A DNA stretch of 64,000 bases from an uncultured delta proteobacterium (GTDB taxonomy: Bacteria; Desulfobacterota; Binatia; Binatales; Binataceae): the NCBI GenBank assembly GCA_963755705.1, contig CAVWKW010000003.1:836067-900066 (forward strand), given 5' to 3'. This document shows, one piece after another, positions 22,209-29,758 of the stretch. The position numbers and the translations under genes are program-made. Positions within the stretch are counted from its first letter, which is position 1; each line of letters starts with the position of its first letter. Under the pieces are notes generated by a model. That model worked only from the letters and a program-made list of their open reading frames with translations, was not told where the DNA came from and ran no database searches.

Positions 22209-22234
22209 GGCGGATTTTAATCCGCCTCTTTGTT
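22209..22234 (+). terminator. hairpin GGCGGAT-ttta-ATCCGCC plus T-rich tail (intrinsic terminator or REP-like)
   Basis: Perfect 7-bp stem followed by tctttgtt, 23 nt after the 22185 stop. Confidence 0.5.
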
Positions 22235-22301
22235 GCGGACACCTCGCCCTGAAAGGGAGAGGCCAGGTAAGCGGCCCGAAGATTGTGGGACTCGTCGCCT
22301 A

Positions 22302-23078
22302 ATGACAATCGAAATCCACAAGCCCTACCAGGTGTATCTTGATGACAGCACCCAAGATCGCCATGGCCAAAAAGTCGTAGCGATAACCGGCTATCTCGCG
22401 ACCGTCGAAGCGTGGTTGAAATTTGAGGATGATTGGCGAGGCGTGCTCAGGCGCGGGCCGTTCCCATATTTTCATGCAACCGATTTTCTCGCGCGTCAGC
22501 CGCCGTTCAATAACGGTTGGTCTGACGCGGAACGAAACGAGTTCACGGAACGCATAACGGTGACGGCTTCTGGATATCCAACATTGGGAATCGGATGTGC
22601 CATCATTTGCGATGAATACGAGCGCGCTTTTCCTACGGATATATCTGAAGAGTGGAAAGACCCGCGTCTATTTGCCCTGTTCGGGCTGCTCTGCTTGTTA
22701 TCTGGAACAACAGACAAGAAGAATACTCGCTTTACTTTTCCGCAGCCGTTGCATTTTTTGGTCGAGCGACAGAAGCATTTTGTGGGCAACGCAATCGAAT
22801 TGTTTTATGCCTATAAAGATAAAATGGACAAGGAACATCGGTTTGCTGATATAGCGCATGGTTCCAGAGAAGAGTATCTGCCTCTCCAGGCAGCGGACCT
22901 GTTAGTTTACGAAACCACGCGAAAACTGGTTGAACAAATTCATGATCCTCATGCGACGATGCGAAAGCCGTTCGGCAATTTGGCACGAAAAGGTAATCTT
23001 GTACTCCTCGATCTCCCCGAAGATATGTTGAGAAAATATGTTGAATTGCTGCGCGAAGAGAGACTAGGGACCGCCTGA
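22302..23078 (+). CDS. DUF3800-domain protein
   Basis: VYLDDS, W..FE.DW, FHATD, LQAADL pattern; lower GC. Confidence 0.7.
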   Translation: MTIEIHKPYQVYLDDSTQDRHGQKVVAITGYLATVEAWLKFEDDWRGVLRRGPFPYFHATDFLARQPPFNNGWSDAERNEFTERITVTASGYPTLGIGCAIICDEYERAFPTDISEEWKDPRLFALFGLLCLLSGTTDKKNTRFTFPQPLHFLVERQKHFVGNAIELFYAYKDKMDKEHRFADIAHGSREEYLPLQAADLLVYETTRKLVEQIHDPHATMRKPFGNLARKGNLVLLDLPEDMLRKYVELLREERLGTA

Positions 23079-23176
23079 TTTCTATTTTTCTCTCCACCCC
23101 CCGCGGATTGTCGGTAGCGATGCACTCACAGTACAGTCCGATTGTGCAGTTTTTCGTCGCCCGACTCCGAATGCTC

Positions 23177-23212
23177 CCCCTTCCCCTCCGGGAAGGGGTC
23201 AGGGGTTAGGTC
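23177..23212. repeat. REP-like palindrome CCCCTTCCC-ctcc-GGGAAGGGG with ccctaacccctgacc-type flank
   Basis: Perfect 9-bp arms at 23177-23185 and 23190-23198; resembles a common intergenic repeat family (from memory). Confidence 0.5.
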
Positions 23213-23303
23213 GATCTTACCGGCAGCATTTGCGCGCGGCGCGAGGCTCGCGCTTCTTCCGCCAGCCTCGTGACGCCCGGACGAGGATGCTGCTGCAAAG
23301 AAA

Positions 23304-23448
23304 CACAGGCTAAAGCCTGTGCCACCTAAGAAAATGCTCGCTGCGCCCAACATCGGCAGAGCCTGCCAGCATGAGAAAGTTCGCAAGCCAGAAGGCACGA
23401 CTCCTCAGAAATTTGACTTGTTTTAAGTGGCACAGGCTTCAGCCTGTG
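23304..23448. repeat. inverted REP doublet (REPIN-like)
   Basis: cacaggctaaagcctgtgccac (23304-23325) and gtggcacaggcttcagcctgtg (23427-23448) are reverse complements at 21/22; each is an 8-bp hairpin with a GTGG tetranucleotide. Confidence 0.75.
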
Positions 23449-23519
23449 TCTTCCGCTCTCGACCCGTGCGCAGTTCTCGCGGATGGCAAGCACTTAAAAT
23501 CGGAAAATCGCAGGAGAGT

Positions 23520-23825
23520 CTAAGCTGCCTTGAGCGGACGAGCGCGTCCGATCCGCGCCTGCTCCTTCGGACTATGCATCGCGTCCCACAAGTCGTTGCG
23601 CCGCTGTACATTCAGCCAGAAATCCGGGCTGTTGCCGAACACGCGCGCCAGGATCAGAGCCGTCGCGGCGGTCACGTTGCGGCGGTCATTGCACAACTCG
23701 TTGACGTGCTTGCGCTGCACACCCATAGCTTCTGCGAGCGCTCCTTGAGTCAGGCCAAGCGGTTCCATGAACTCCTCCACCAGGATTTCACCGACCGTCG
23801 CCGGCTTACGCTTCGTCATCAGCAT
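23520..23825 (-). CDS. higA: HigA-family antitoxin (HTH)
   Basis: GEILVEEFMEPLGLTQGALAEAMGV.RKHVNELCN.RR.VTA.TAL.LARVFGNSPDFWLN.Q. Confidence 0.9.
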   Translation of the reverse strand: MLMTKRKPATVGEILVEEFMEPLGLTQGALAEAMGVQRKHVNELCNDRRNVTAATALILARVFGNSPDFWLNVQRRNDLWDAMHSPKEQARIGRARPLKAA

Positions 23826-23858
23826 GGCGCCGCTCTCCCACTCGAAGATCAGCCTAAT
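23826..23858 (-). pseudogene. possible C-terminal remnant of a HigB/RelE toxin
   Basis: The 11 codons directly upstream of higA read IRLIFEWESGA, resembling the HigB W-R-L-x-F-x-W motif; an in-frame TAA lies 3 codons upstream and there is no toxin ORF. Confidence 0.4.
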
Positions 23859-23971
23859 AGTACATTATGCAAGTACGTCTGGAAAATCGGCCCCTAAGAA
23901 TCTCCCTTTCCGGGCGAGGGATCAGACGGACGGGCGAGGGACATCGGCGAGGGGCCATAAACTACTTCGAG

Positions 23972-24010
23972 CAAAAAAACAAGGCTGAACTGTTCAGCCT
24001 TGTTTTTTTG
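23972..24010. repeat. perfect 39-bp palindrome with A7/T7 tails
   Basis: caaaaaaacaaggctgaac-t-gttcagccttgtttttttg (19-bp arms). Confidence 0.9.
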
Positions 24011-24033
24011 ACAATTTGTGCACAATTGAACAC

Positions 24034-24729
24034 ATGGATGAGCAAATCACTCCCGGCGACCTCTCTGCGCCCGAAATTCCAACCGTTCTCGAACAGCCCC
24101 CTATCTCCGACCGGAGACTTGCGGCTAATCGCGCGAATGCCCTGCTCTCGACCGGACCTCGCTCTGCGCGCGGCAAGGCGCGCTCCGCGATGAACGCCGT
24201 CAAGCACGGCGTTCTCGCGAAGCGCCGCGCCCGCGCGAGGTCCGGCGTCCTCTCGCGAGGGCTCGTGATCCCGACGCTCGAAGGCCATCGCGAGTCCGCA
24301 CAGTTCCGAGCGCTGATGGCCTCGCTGATCGCCGACCGCAAACCCGTCGGGGCCCTGGAAATGCTGATGGTGCAGGAGATCGGCGTATGCACCTGGCGGC
24401 TGCGCCGCTTGCTCAAATTCGAGAATCGCGCCGCCTATCTGACCTCGCTCACATGGACCGCGGAGACTGACGCCGACGGCGAATACGAATACAAGTGCGA
24501 CAACGTCCTCGAGCCAGCCGGGCTCAACGGCCTCTCGATGCCCGATCCCGACGAGGTCGTGATGATCAGCCGCTACGAAAACGGCCTGATGCGCCACCTG
24601 TTCCGCGCGATCGATCAGCTCGATCGGATGCAGCGCCAGCGCCGCGCCGGAGCCTCAGAATCAGGTACCGAAAAAGCGCCTAAAACGAACCCGTCAAGCC
24701 ATATTATCGAGCATTCTCAAGGAGAATAA
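24034..24729 (+). CDS. hypothetical protein of the 'ANRxNAxxSTGPR' family
   Basis: RRLAANRANALLSTGPRSARGKARSAMNAVKHG motif and C-terminal RYE..L.R.L.RA...L..MQ.QR. Confidence 0.75.
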   Translation: MDEQITPGDLSAPEIPTVLEQPPISDRRLAANRANALLSTGPRSARGKARSAMNAVKHGVLAKRRARARSGVLSRGLVIPTLEGHRESAQFRALMASLIADRKPVGALEMLMVQEIGVCTWRLRRLLKFENRAAYLTSLTWTAETDADGEYEYKCDNVLEPAGLNGLSMPDPDEVVMISRYENGLMRHLFRAIDQLDRMQRQRRAGASESGTEKAPKTNPSSHIIEHSQGE

Positions 24730-24860
24730 TTTTCCGGCAACATAAAAAGATACCAAACGAACCCACCGGAAACGCGCGAGATCAAAAAATCCAAGGCCCT
24801 ACCTTGCCCAGAGCTTTCAGCTCAAAGGATCGAATCTGGAAGTGCGGCCGAAAAGACTGA

Positions 24861-24909
24861 TGGAGGCGGCGATCGGATTCGAACCGATGCATGGAGGTTT
24901 TGCAGACCT
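24861..24909 (-). repeat. att site: 49-bp copy of the tRNA-Cys 3' end
   Basis: Identical to 41782-41830; spans the anticodon arm to CCA; identity breaks at both flanks. Confidence 0.97.
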
Positions 24910-24972
24910 GCGAGCGGAGCGAGCGGCCGCCAACAGTCGCACTAAGGTGCAGTCTTTACGGGCTTTTCACGC

Positions 24973-26166
24973 TCACCCTTTCTGCTCTCTACTGCTCGGA
25001 ACTGCAGCCTGCTCGATCATAGTTTGATCATAGTCGCGCGCACGGCTTATCGGTGTGACCTTGGAGCGCTTGGCCTGCTTGCCCATATACTTTGCGAGAC
25101 GATCCATCGCGTCGATCAAGTCGTCGTCAGCCGTTATGTTGTAGCGATCCAGCATGGAGCGAGTTTTGTGGCCGCTTATCTCCATCGCGACGGTGTCACT
25201 TACTCCTGCGCGCTTGAGATTGCGCACTCCCGTGCGGCGCAGGTCGTAGGGCAGGATGCCTTTGACTCCGCCGACCAGCCCGACCTCAGAACAAGCCTTG
25301 ATCCATGCCGTATTGTACGAAGCGATGGGCCTCGGCTCCGTGCCTTCGCCATTTCTGATCTTGAAGTGATAGAAAACGTTCGGACAGTCCGGTCTTCGCC
25401 GCGCTAGAGCGCGCTCGATGATTTCCCAAAGCTCTCCAACCAGCGGAAGGCGCCTAGGTTCGCGGTTCTTGCTGCTGCGACGCGGCAGAAGGAGCACTCG
25501 GTTCTCAATATCGATTGAGCTCCAAAGCATTCCGAGGACCTCCCTTGGCCGCCAAGGCACGAGCGACATAAATGTGATTGGATCCTTAAGGCGCTCGGGA
25601 AGGCGCGAACGGATAGCAAGAAAGGTCGCTTGATCTATAAAGCCCTCACGAATCCCGTCGCTGAGATCGAATTGCCGCGGAAAAGCGGGAACATTCGCCG
25701 ACGAGAGTTCACCGTTCTCCACCGCAAGGTTGAACATACGTTTGAGGATCGAGACTTCGTGATTGACGCTAGCCTTCGCCGCTCCTTCGGCCAGCCGGTC
25801 GCGTCGGTAGCGCACAATCTGGCTGGTCATGATCTCGATGGCTCGAAGATCTCCGAAAGCTGGCCGCAGGTGGAGAAGGCGAACACTGAGCGCCTTCATG
25901 TGCTGGTTGTTAACGCGATAGTCGCTCTCGATTGCGGACGCCATCTCGTCGAACGTCAACCGTTCTGCGCGCGTTCCAATATAGCTCGCGCCACCGACCC
26001 TGGCCTTGGCAAATTGCTCCAAGAGAACCTTCATCGCCTTTTTCTCGTCGGGCGTGTGCGCGGTTCGGCGTACGGGCTTACCGCGATGAGCAAACTGGAT
26101 GAACCAGTTCTCCGATCCAGGCTGTTTGTAGATACTGCCGACTCCCCTAATTGTCTTCCTTTCCAT
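24973..26166 (-). CDS. tyrosine recombinase/integrase
   Basis: N-terminal arm-binding-like GVGSIYK..W.IQF; catalytic R (WRPRE), K (SSKN), YDLRR, SGHKT, RY; SD CAGGAG before ATG 26166. Confidence 0.93.
   Translation of the reverse strand: MERKTIRGVGSIYKQPGSENWFIQFAHRGKPVRRTAHTPDEKKAMKVLLEQFAKARVGGASYIGTRAERLTFDEMASAIESDYRVNNQHMKALSVRLLHLRPAFGDLRAIEIMTSQIVRYRRDRLAEGAAKASVNHEVSILKRMFNLAVENGELSSANVPAFPRQFDLSDGIREGFIDQATFLAIRSRLPERLKDPITFMSLVPWRPREVLGMLWSSIDIENRVLLLPRRSSKNREPRRLPLVGELWEIIERALARRRPDCPNVFYHFKIRNGEGTEPRPIASYNTAWIKACSEVGLVGGVKGILPYDLRRTGVRNLKRAGVSDTVAMEISGHKTRSMLDRYNITADDDLIDAMDRLAKYMGKQAKRSKVTPISRARDYDQTMIEQAAVPSSREQKG
25013..25036 (+). repeat. tandem 11-bp repeat pair, putative Int arm-type site
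   Basis: tcgatcatagtttgatcatagtcg, 23/24 identical to 41691-41714. Confidence 0.7.
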
Positions 26167-26545
26167 TCGGCGCTCTCCTGATCGTATCTCGCAGTCTCTT
26201 TTCGTTGTATCTTTGAATGCCTTCAAGTTCGAAGAGGGTTCTGCCTCCAATGTGGACGACGAACGGCAATTCCCGGACACGGTGCCATATCCATGACTGC
26301 GAGACGCCCAATATTCTAGCAGCGGTCTTGGCGTCAACGTTCCGAACCCTCGTCGGATCGTTGTCGTGTGGCACGGCGGCGCTCGACACTGCTGCGCTCG
26401 GCGCTTCTACGCTTTCAACACGATCATCGAGGGCAGCCAGCGCGACGCGCGCCTGTAAACGCAGATCGCGCGCTCTTTGCGGCGCGAGTTCACGCACCAG
26501 TTCCGGGCGCCGAGCTACTGCATCGAGAGAAAGGTCAAACTCCAT
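26147..26545 (-). CDS. excisionase-like HTH protein
   Basis: VDAKTAARILGVSQSWIWHR..LPF...IGGRTLF (HTH_17/Xis pattern); overlaps the int start. Confidence 0.75.
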   Translation of the reverse strand: MEFDLSLDAVARRPELVRELAPQRARDLRLQARVALAALDDRVESVEAPSAAVSSAAVPHDNDPTRVRNVDAKTAARILGVSQSWIWHRVRELPFVVHIGGRTLFELEGIQRYNEKRLRDTIRRAPNGKEDN

Positions 26546-26614
26546 GGACGTGGCTCCAACTATCACAGAGAATCGCTCAAAAAAAGGAAGCTGAGATAGC
26601 GGTATGATTTAGTA

Positions 26615-26624
26615 GCTACATAGC
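26615..26624. promoter_or_regulatory. operator-like palindrome GCTA-CA-TAGC upstream of xis-int
   Basis: Extends to AGCTA-CA-TAGCT in an AT-rich intergenic region; same 10-mer at 32771 and 33840. Confidence 0.7.
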
Positions 26625-27022
26625 TAACACAAAAAGAATTTCAATGCAAGAGAAAACGAGCGGCACGGAAACAACGGTTCGCCGCGGAGTCCCTTCGCTG
26701 TCTCCCGCCCGCGTCCCGGAGGGAAGGGCGCTCCGATGCTTGTTTGAGTGCGCAGCATTGAAAGCGCCGCCCTCTCAACCGAGTCTGGAGGGCGGCGCAA
26801 GATTCCGGGATGCGCGTGGCGGAGCGTAGCAACCGTGCCGGACGCTGCGTTCGGCGCGGTTGCCCGCGGAGCGCGCGCCACCATTACAGCGGCGCGCAGC
26901 GGAGCGCGAGCGGCGCGATGCGCCGCGTGGCCTCGCGGCGAAGCTTGCGCAGCCCGAGCGTCCGCGCTCACAGCGCAACGCCGATGAAAAAATGTTTCGA
27001 CGGCAAGGTTGGGCAAGACCAG

Positions 27023-29755
27023 TCACCTTCTGATGCCGTGGGCAGGGGTGATGTTCCGGCGCGGCGGTTCTGGAACGATCTTGATGTCTCTTCGCTCGTT
27101 CAGGTTGAGGCGTTCCAGGGCAATCGACTTTTCGCGGTTGCGCCCCACAGCTGAGTCGAGTCTGGCACGGTCGTCGGTGTACAAGCTCATCGCATGCCGA
27201 GCCCGGCTGATCGAGACGTAAAACTGTTTGCGGTTTACGAGTTCAGCCGAGCGAGCGGTATCGATATTAGCGATCACGCGATCAACCGTGGACCCCTGGC
27301 TGGAATGCGAAGTCGAGGCGTAACCGTAGTCGATGTGCTTCAGACGATCGATTGCCGCGCTGATCTCGCGCCCGTTGTCGCTGCGCAGGCGAGCTTTGTG
27401 ATCGTCGATTGCGACGACTGTCGCAAACTCTCCATTGGCGACACCGAGCGCACGATCCGGCGCGCGGAATTGAATCCGGTCGCCCGCTCCGAGAACGCGA
27501 CGCTCCTGATGGAAGACCTCGACTCCGGATAGGCGCGAAGGATCGTAGCTGACAGCTTTTCCGCTTTCATACCGCACCACCATTTGGTTCCGTTCCGGGG
27601 TGATTGCTTCGATCCGGGCATAACTTCCGCGGTCGATGCCCAGCCGCGCACTTCCCCGCCGGAATCGGAGCACGTCGTCAACTTCGTAACTCTGCGCTCG
27701 TTTGCGCTGAGGGCGGGTCAGAACGCGGTTTACAAGCACGATCTGTTCTCGTCTATCGGAGCCGATGTGTCCGCGTTCCTTGAAGGCTGCGCGAATGGCG
27801 GCGTTCAACTGGCGGCGCTCGTCGTTGGCAGGGCTGACGACGAGCACCTTTTCACCTGCCTCGTGCGCGCCAAGATATTCGCGCGCAATCGCCGCGTGGC
27901 GCTCATTCGGATCGACAATCTCGCGGATGCGACCCTGCTGCTCGAGGAGTGCGATTGCGCCTCCAATCTCTCCGCGCGAAGCGAGCGTGACCGCTTCACG
28001 CAGTCCGGGATCGAGTTGGCGACGAATAGTCTCCAATCGCGCGATGGGCATGCCCGCTTGCTGCATCTGCTGGATGGGCCGGCCAGCCTCGATGGCGTGG
28101 TGCTGGCGCTGGTCGCCGACGAAGACGACCCGACCGACTTCGGCCTCTCGCGCCTTGTGCAGCAGCGCGTTCATCTGGCGAGTGCCGAGCAGGCTCGACT
28201 CATCGATGATCCACAACTCTTTGGCTGCGCGATCAGGAAGCGGGCCGGCGAGCAGGCTCGCCACGGTCCGGGATTCGATTCCGGCTTCGGAAAGCGCCTT
28301 TACGGCGCGCGTGGTCGGAGCGAAACCGCGTACCGCGTAGCCAGCGCTCTCAGCGAAGTCGTTGAGCGCTCCGACCGTGGTAGTCTTCGCCGCGCCCGCG
28401 CGCCCTTCGATCGAGGTAAGCCAATCGGTGGCAGTCAGCGTCAGCACCGCCGCCTGAGCCTGCTCGGCGGATAGCGAGCGCGCGGCTGCCCAACTGCGCG
28501 CGTCTGGTTCAGTGGCGATTGCGTCGGAATGCCCTCTGCTAGCGCGCATGAGTTCGAGATTCTCGCGCTCAAGCACCACCATCTCCGGGGTGGTGAAAAC
28601 GACTCCCGGAAACGAAGGGGAAACAGCAAGGGCGATTAGATCGCCACGTGATTCCCGAATACCGGTCTCGCACCGCACGCCTTCCAGGTCGGCGATTCCC
28701 ATGGCGTACTGAAGAGCGGTGCGCTCCAGAGCGCGCCGGTCAGTGACGGCTTCGCGTTCGGTGTTGTGAGCTACGCTGAATCTGACCGCTTCCTCGATCC
28801 CAGCCGGAGAGACTGTCCGCGAGGGTCCGCGTGCGAGCGCGTGTTCCGAAATCTCGGCGAGCGCGATTCGATTGTCATGGGCGCGCGCCTGCCACTCCGC
28901 GCGAAGCTGGTTTTCGTCACGCTTTTCTTTGGCACGCCGGCTCTGATGGGCGGCGATCTGGGCCGCTGCCGCTCCGGTTGAGTTTTGGCGGGAAAGAAGT
29001 GCTTCGATGTCCTGGCGTCTACGCGAAAACGCCATTACCTGTTCGCGCGTATATCCTTGTAGCTCCCAGCGTCCGTCGGACGCGGTAAGGCTGATTCGAT
29101 ATCCAAGCGCTTGGACTTCGCGGGCGAGTTCCGAGCGATAAACCGCAGTCGCAAGGCTCTGGCTGCGATAGATCTCTATCGGGTCCAGGCTCCGCCACAT
29201 GCCGTCTGGCCGCAGCGTCATGTTGGCGATTACGACGTGGGTGTGGAGGTGAGGGTCAGGGCCGTAGCCGTCGTGGGTCCCAGTCTCCGAAGGTCGCGCC
29301 GCGATGTGCTCGAAGCGGGCCGCAACGAAATTGCCGGTGGTAACCCACTCCTGTCCGCGATGTCGGCGCGCTTGGGCGAACTGTTCAAGTTCCGAAAGCG
29401 CTCGCTCGACCGCGCGCCGATGCGCCTCTACCAGCCGCGCATCTTCGCCAACCAGCGCCTGGATACTGACTGACTTCGGCGCATTAAACGTCGCGTCCCA
29501 ACCTGCGCGGCGGTCGTCACGGCCAGCGGCAGCACTGACCAGGACTTCGCCGCTACCGGGTCTGGTTCCGCGCAGCACGGCCCGAAAATCTTCCTCGCTG
29601 ACTGCGCCGCTCAGCCCGAGGATCTCGGCGGCTCTTCCATACCATTCGCCGGTGACGCGGTGCGATTCGGTATAGTAGTCGTCCTCGGAGTATTTCTCCT
29701 GATAGTAGGTCTCGGCTTGGCCTACACTAAGCGCGCCTTTCGACATTACCAGCAT
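27023..29755 (-). CDS. MOB-F (TrwC/TraI-like) relaxase-helicase
   Basis: N-terminal YY…DDYY, D.TF.APKSVS, PHLHTH (HUH), helicase GRAGAAKTT / IIDESS / GDQRQH / YASTSHSSQG.TVD. Confidence 0.93.
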   Translation of the reverse strand: MLVMSKGALSVGQAETYYQEKYSEDDYYTESHRVTGEWYGRAAEILGLSGAVSEEDFRAVLRGTRPGSGEVLVSAAAGRDDRRAGWDATFNAPKSVSIQALVGEDARLVEAHRRAVERALSELEQFAQARRHRGQEWVTTGNFVAARFEHIAARPSETGTHDGYGPDPHLHTHVVIANMTLRPDGMWRSLDPIEIYRSQSLATAVYRSELAREVQALGYRISLTASDGRWELQGYTREQVMAFSRRRQDIEALLSRQNSTGAAAAQIAAHQSRRAKEKRDENQLRAEWQARAHDNRIALAEISEHALARGPSRTVSPAGIEEAVRFSVAHNTEREAVTDRRALERTALQYAMGIADLEGVRCETGIRESRGDLIALAVSPSFPGVVFTTPEMVVLERENLELMRASRGHSDAIATEPDARSWAAARSLSAEQAQAAVLTLTATDWLTSIEGRAGAAKTTTVGALNDFAESAGYAVRGFAPTTRAVKALSEAGIESRTVASLLAGPLPDRAAKELWIIDESSLLGTRQMNALLHKAREAEVGRVVFVGDQRQHHAIEAGRPIQQMQQAGMPIARLETIRRQLDPGLREAVTLASRGEIGGAIALLEQQGRIREIVDPNERHAAIAREYLGAHEAGEKVLVVSPANDERRQLNAAIRAAFKERGHIGSDRREQIVLVNRVLTRPQRKRAQSYEVDDVLRFRRGSARLGIDRGSYARIEAITPERNQMVVRYESGKAVSYDPSRLSGVEVFHQERRVLGAGDRIQFRAPDRALGVANGEFATVVAIDDHKARLRSDNGREISAAIDRLKHIDYGYASTSHSSQGSTVDRVIANIDTARSAELVNRKQFYVSISRARHAMSLYTDDRARLDSAVGRNREKSIALERLNLNERRDIKIVPEPPRRNITPAHGIRR

Positions 29756-29758
29756 GGC

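Noticed and set aside
24861-24909. Second tRNA gene
   Set aside because: Only the 3' 49 nt are present; the D-arm and 5' acceptor strand are missing.
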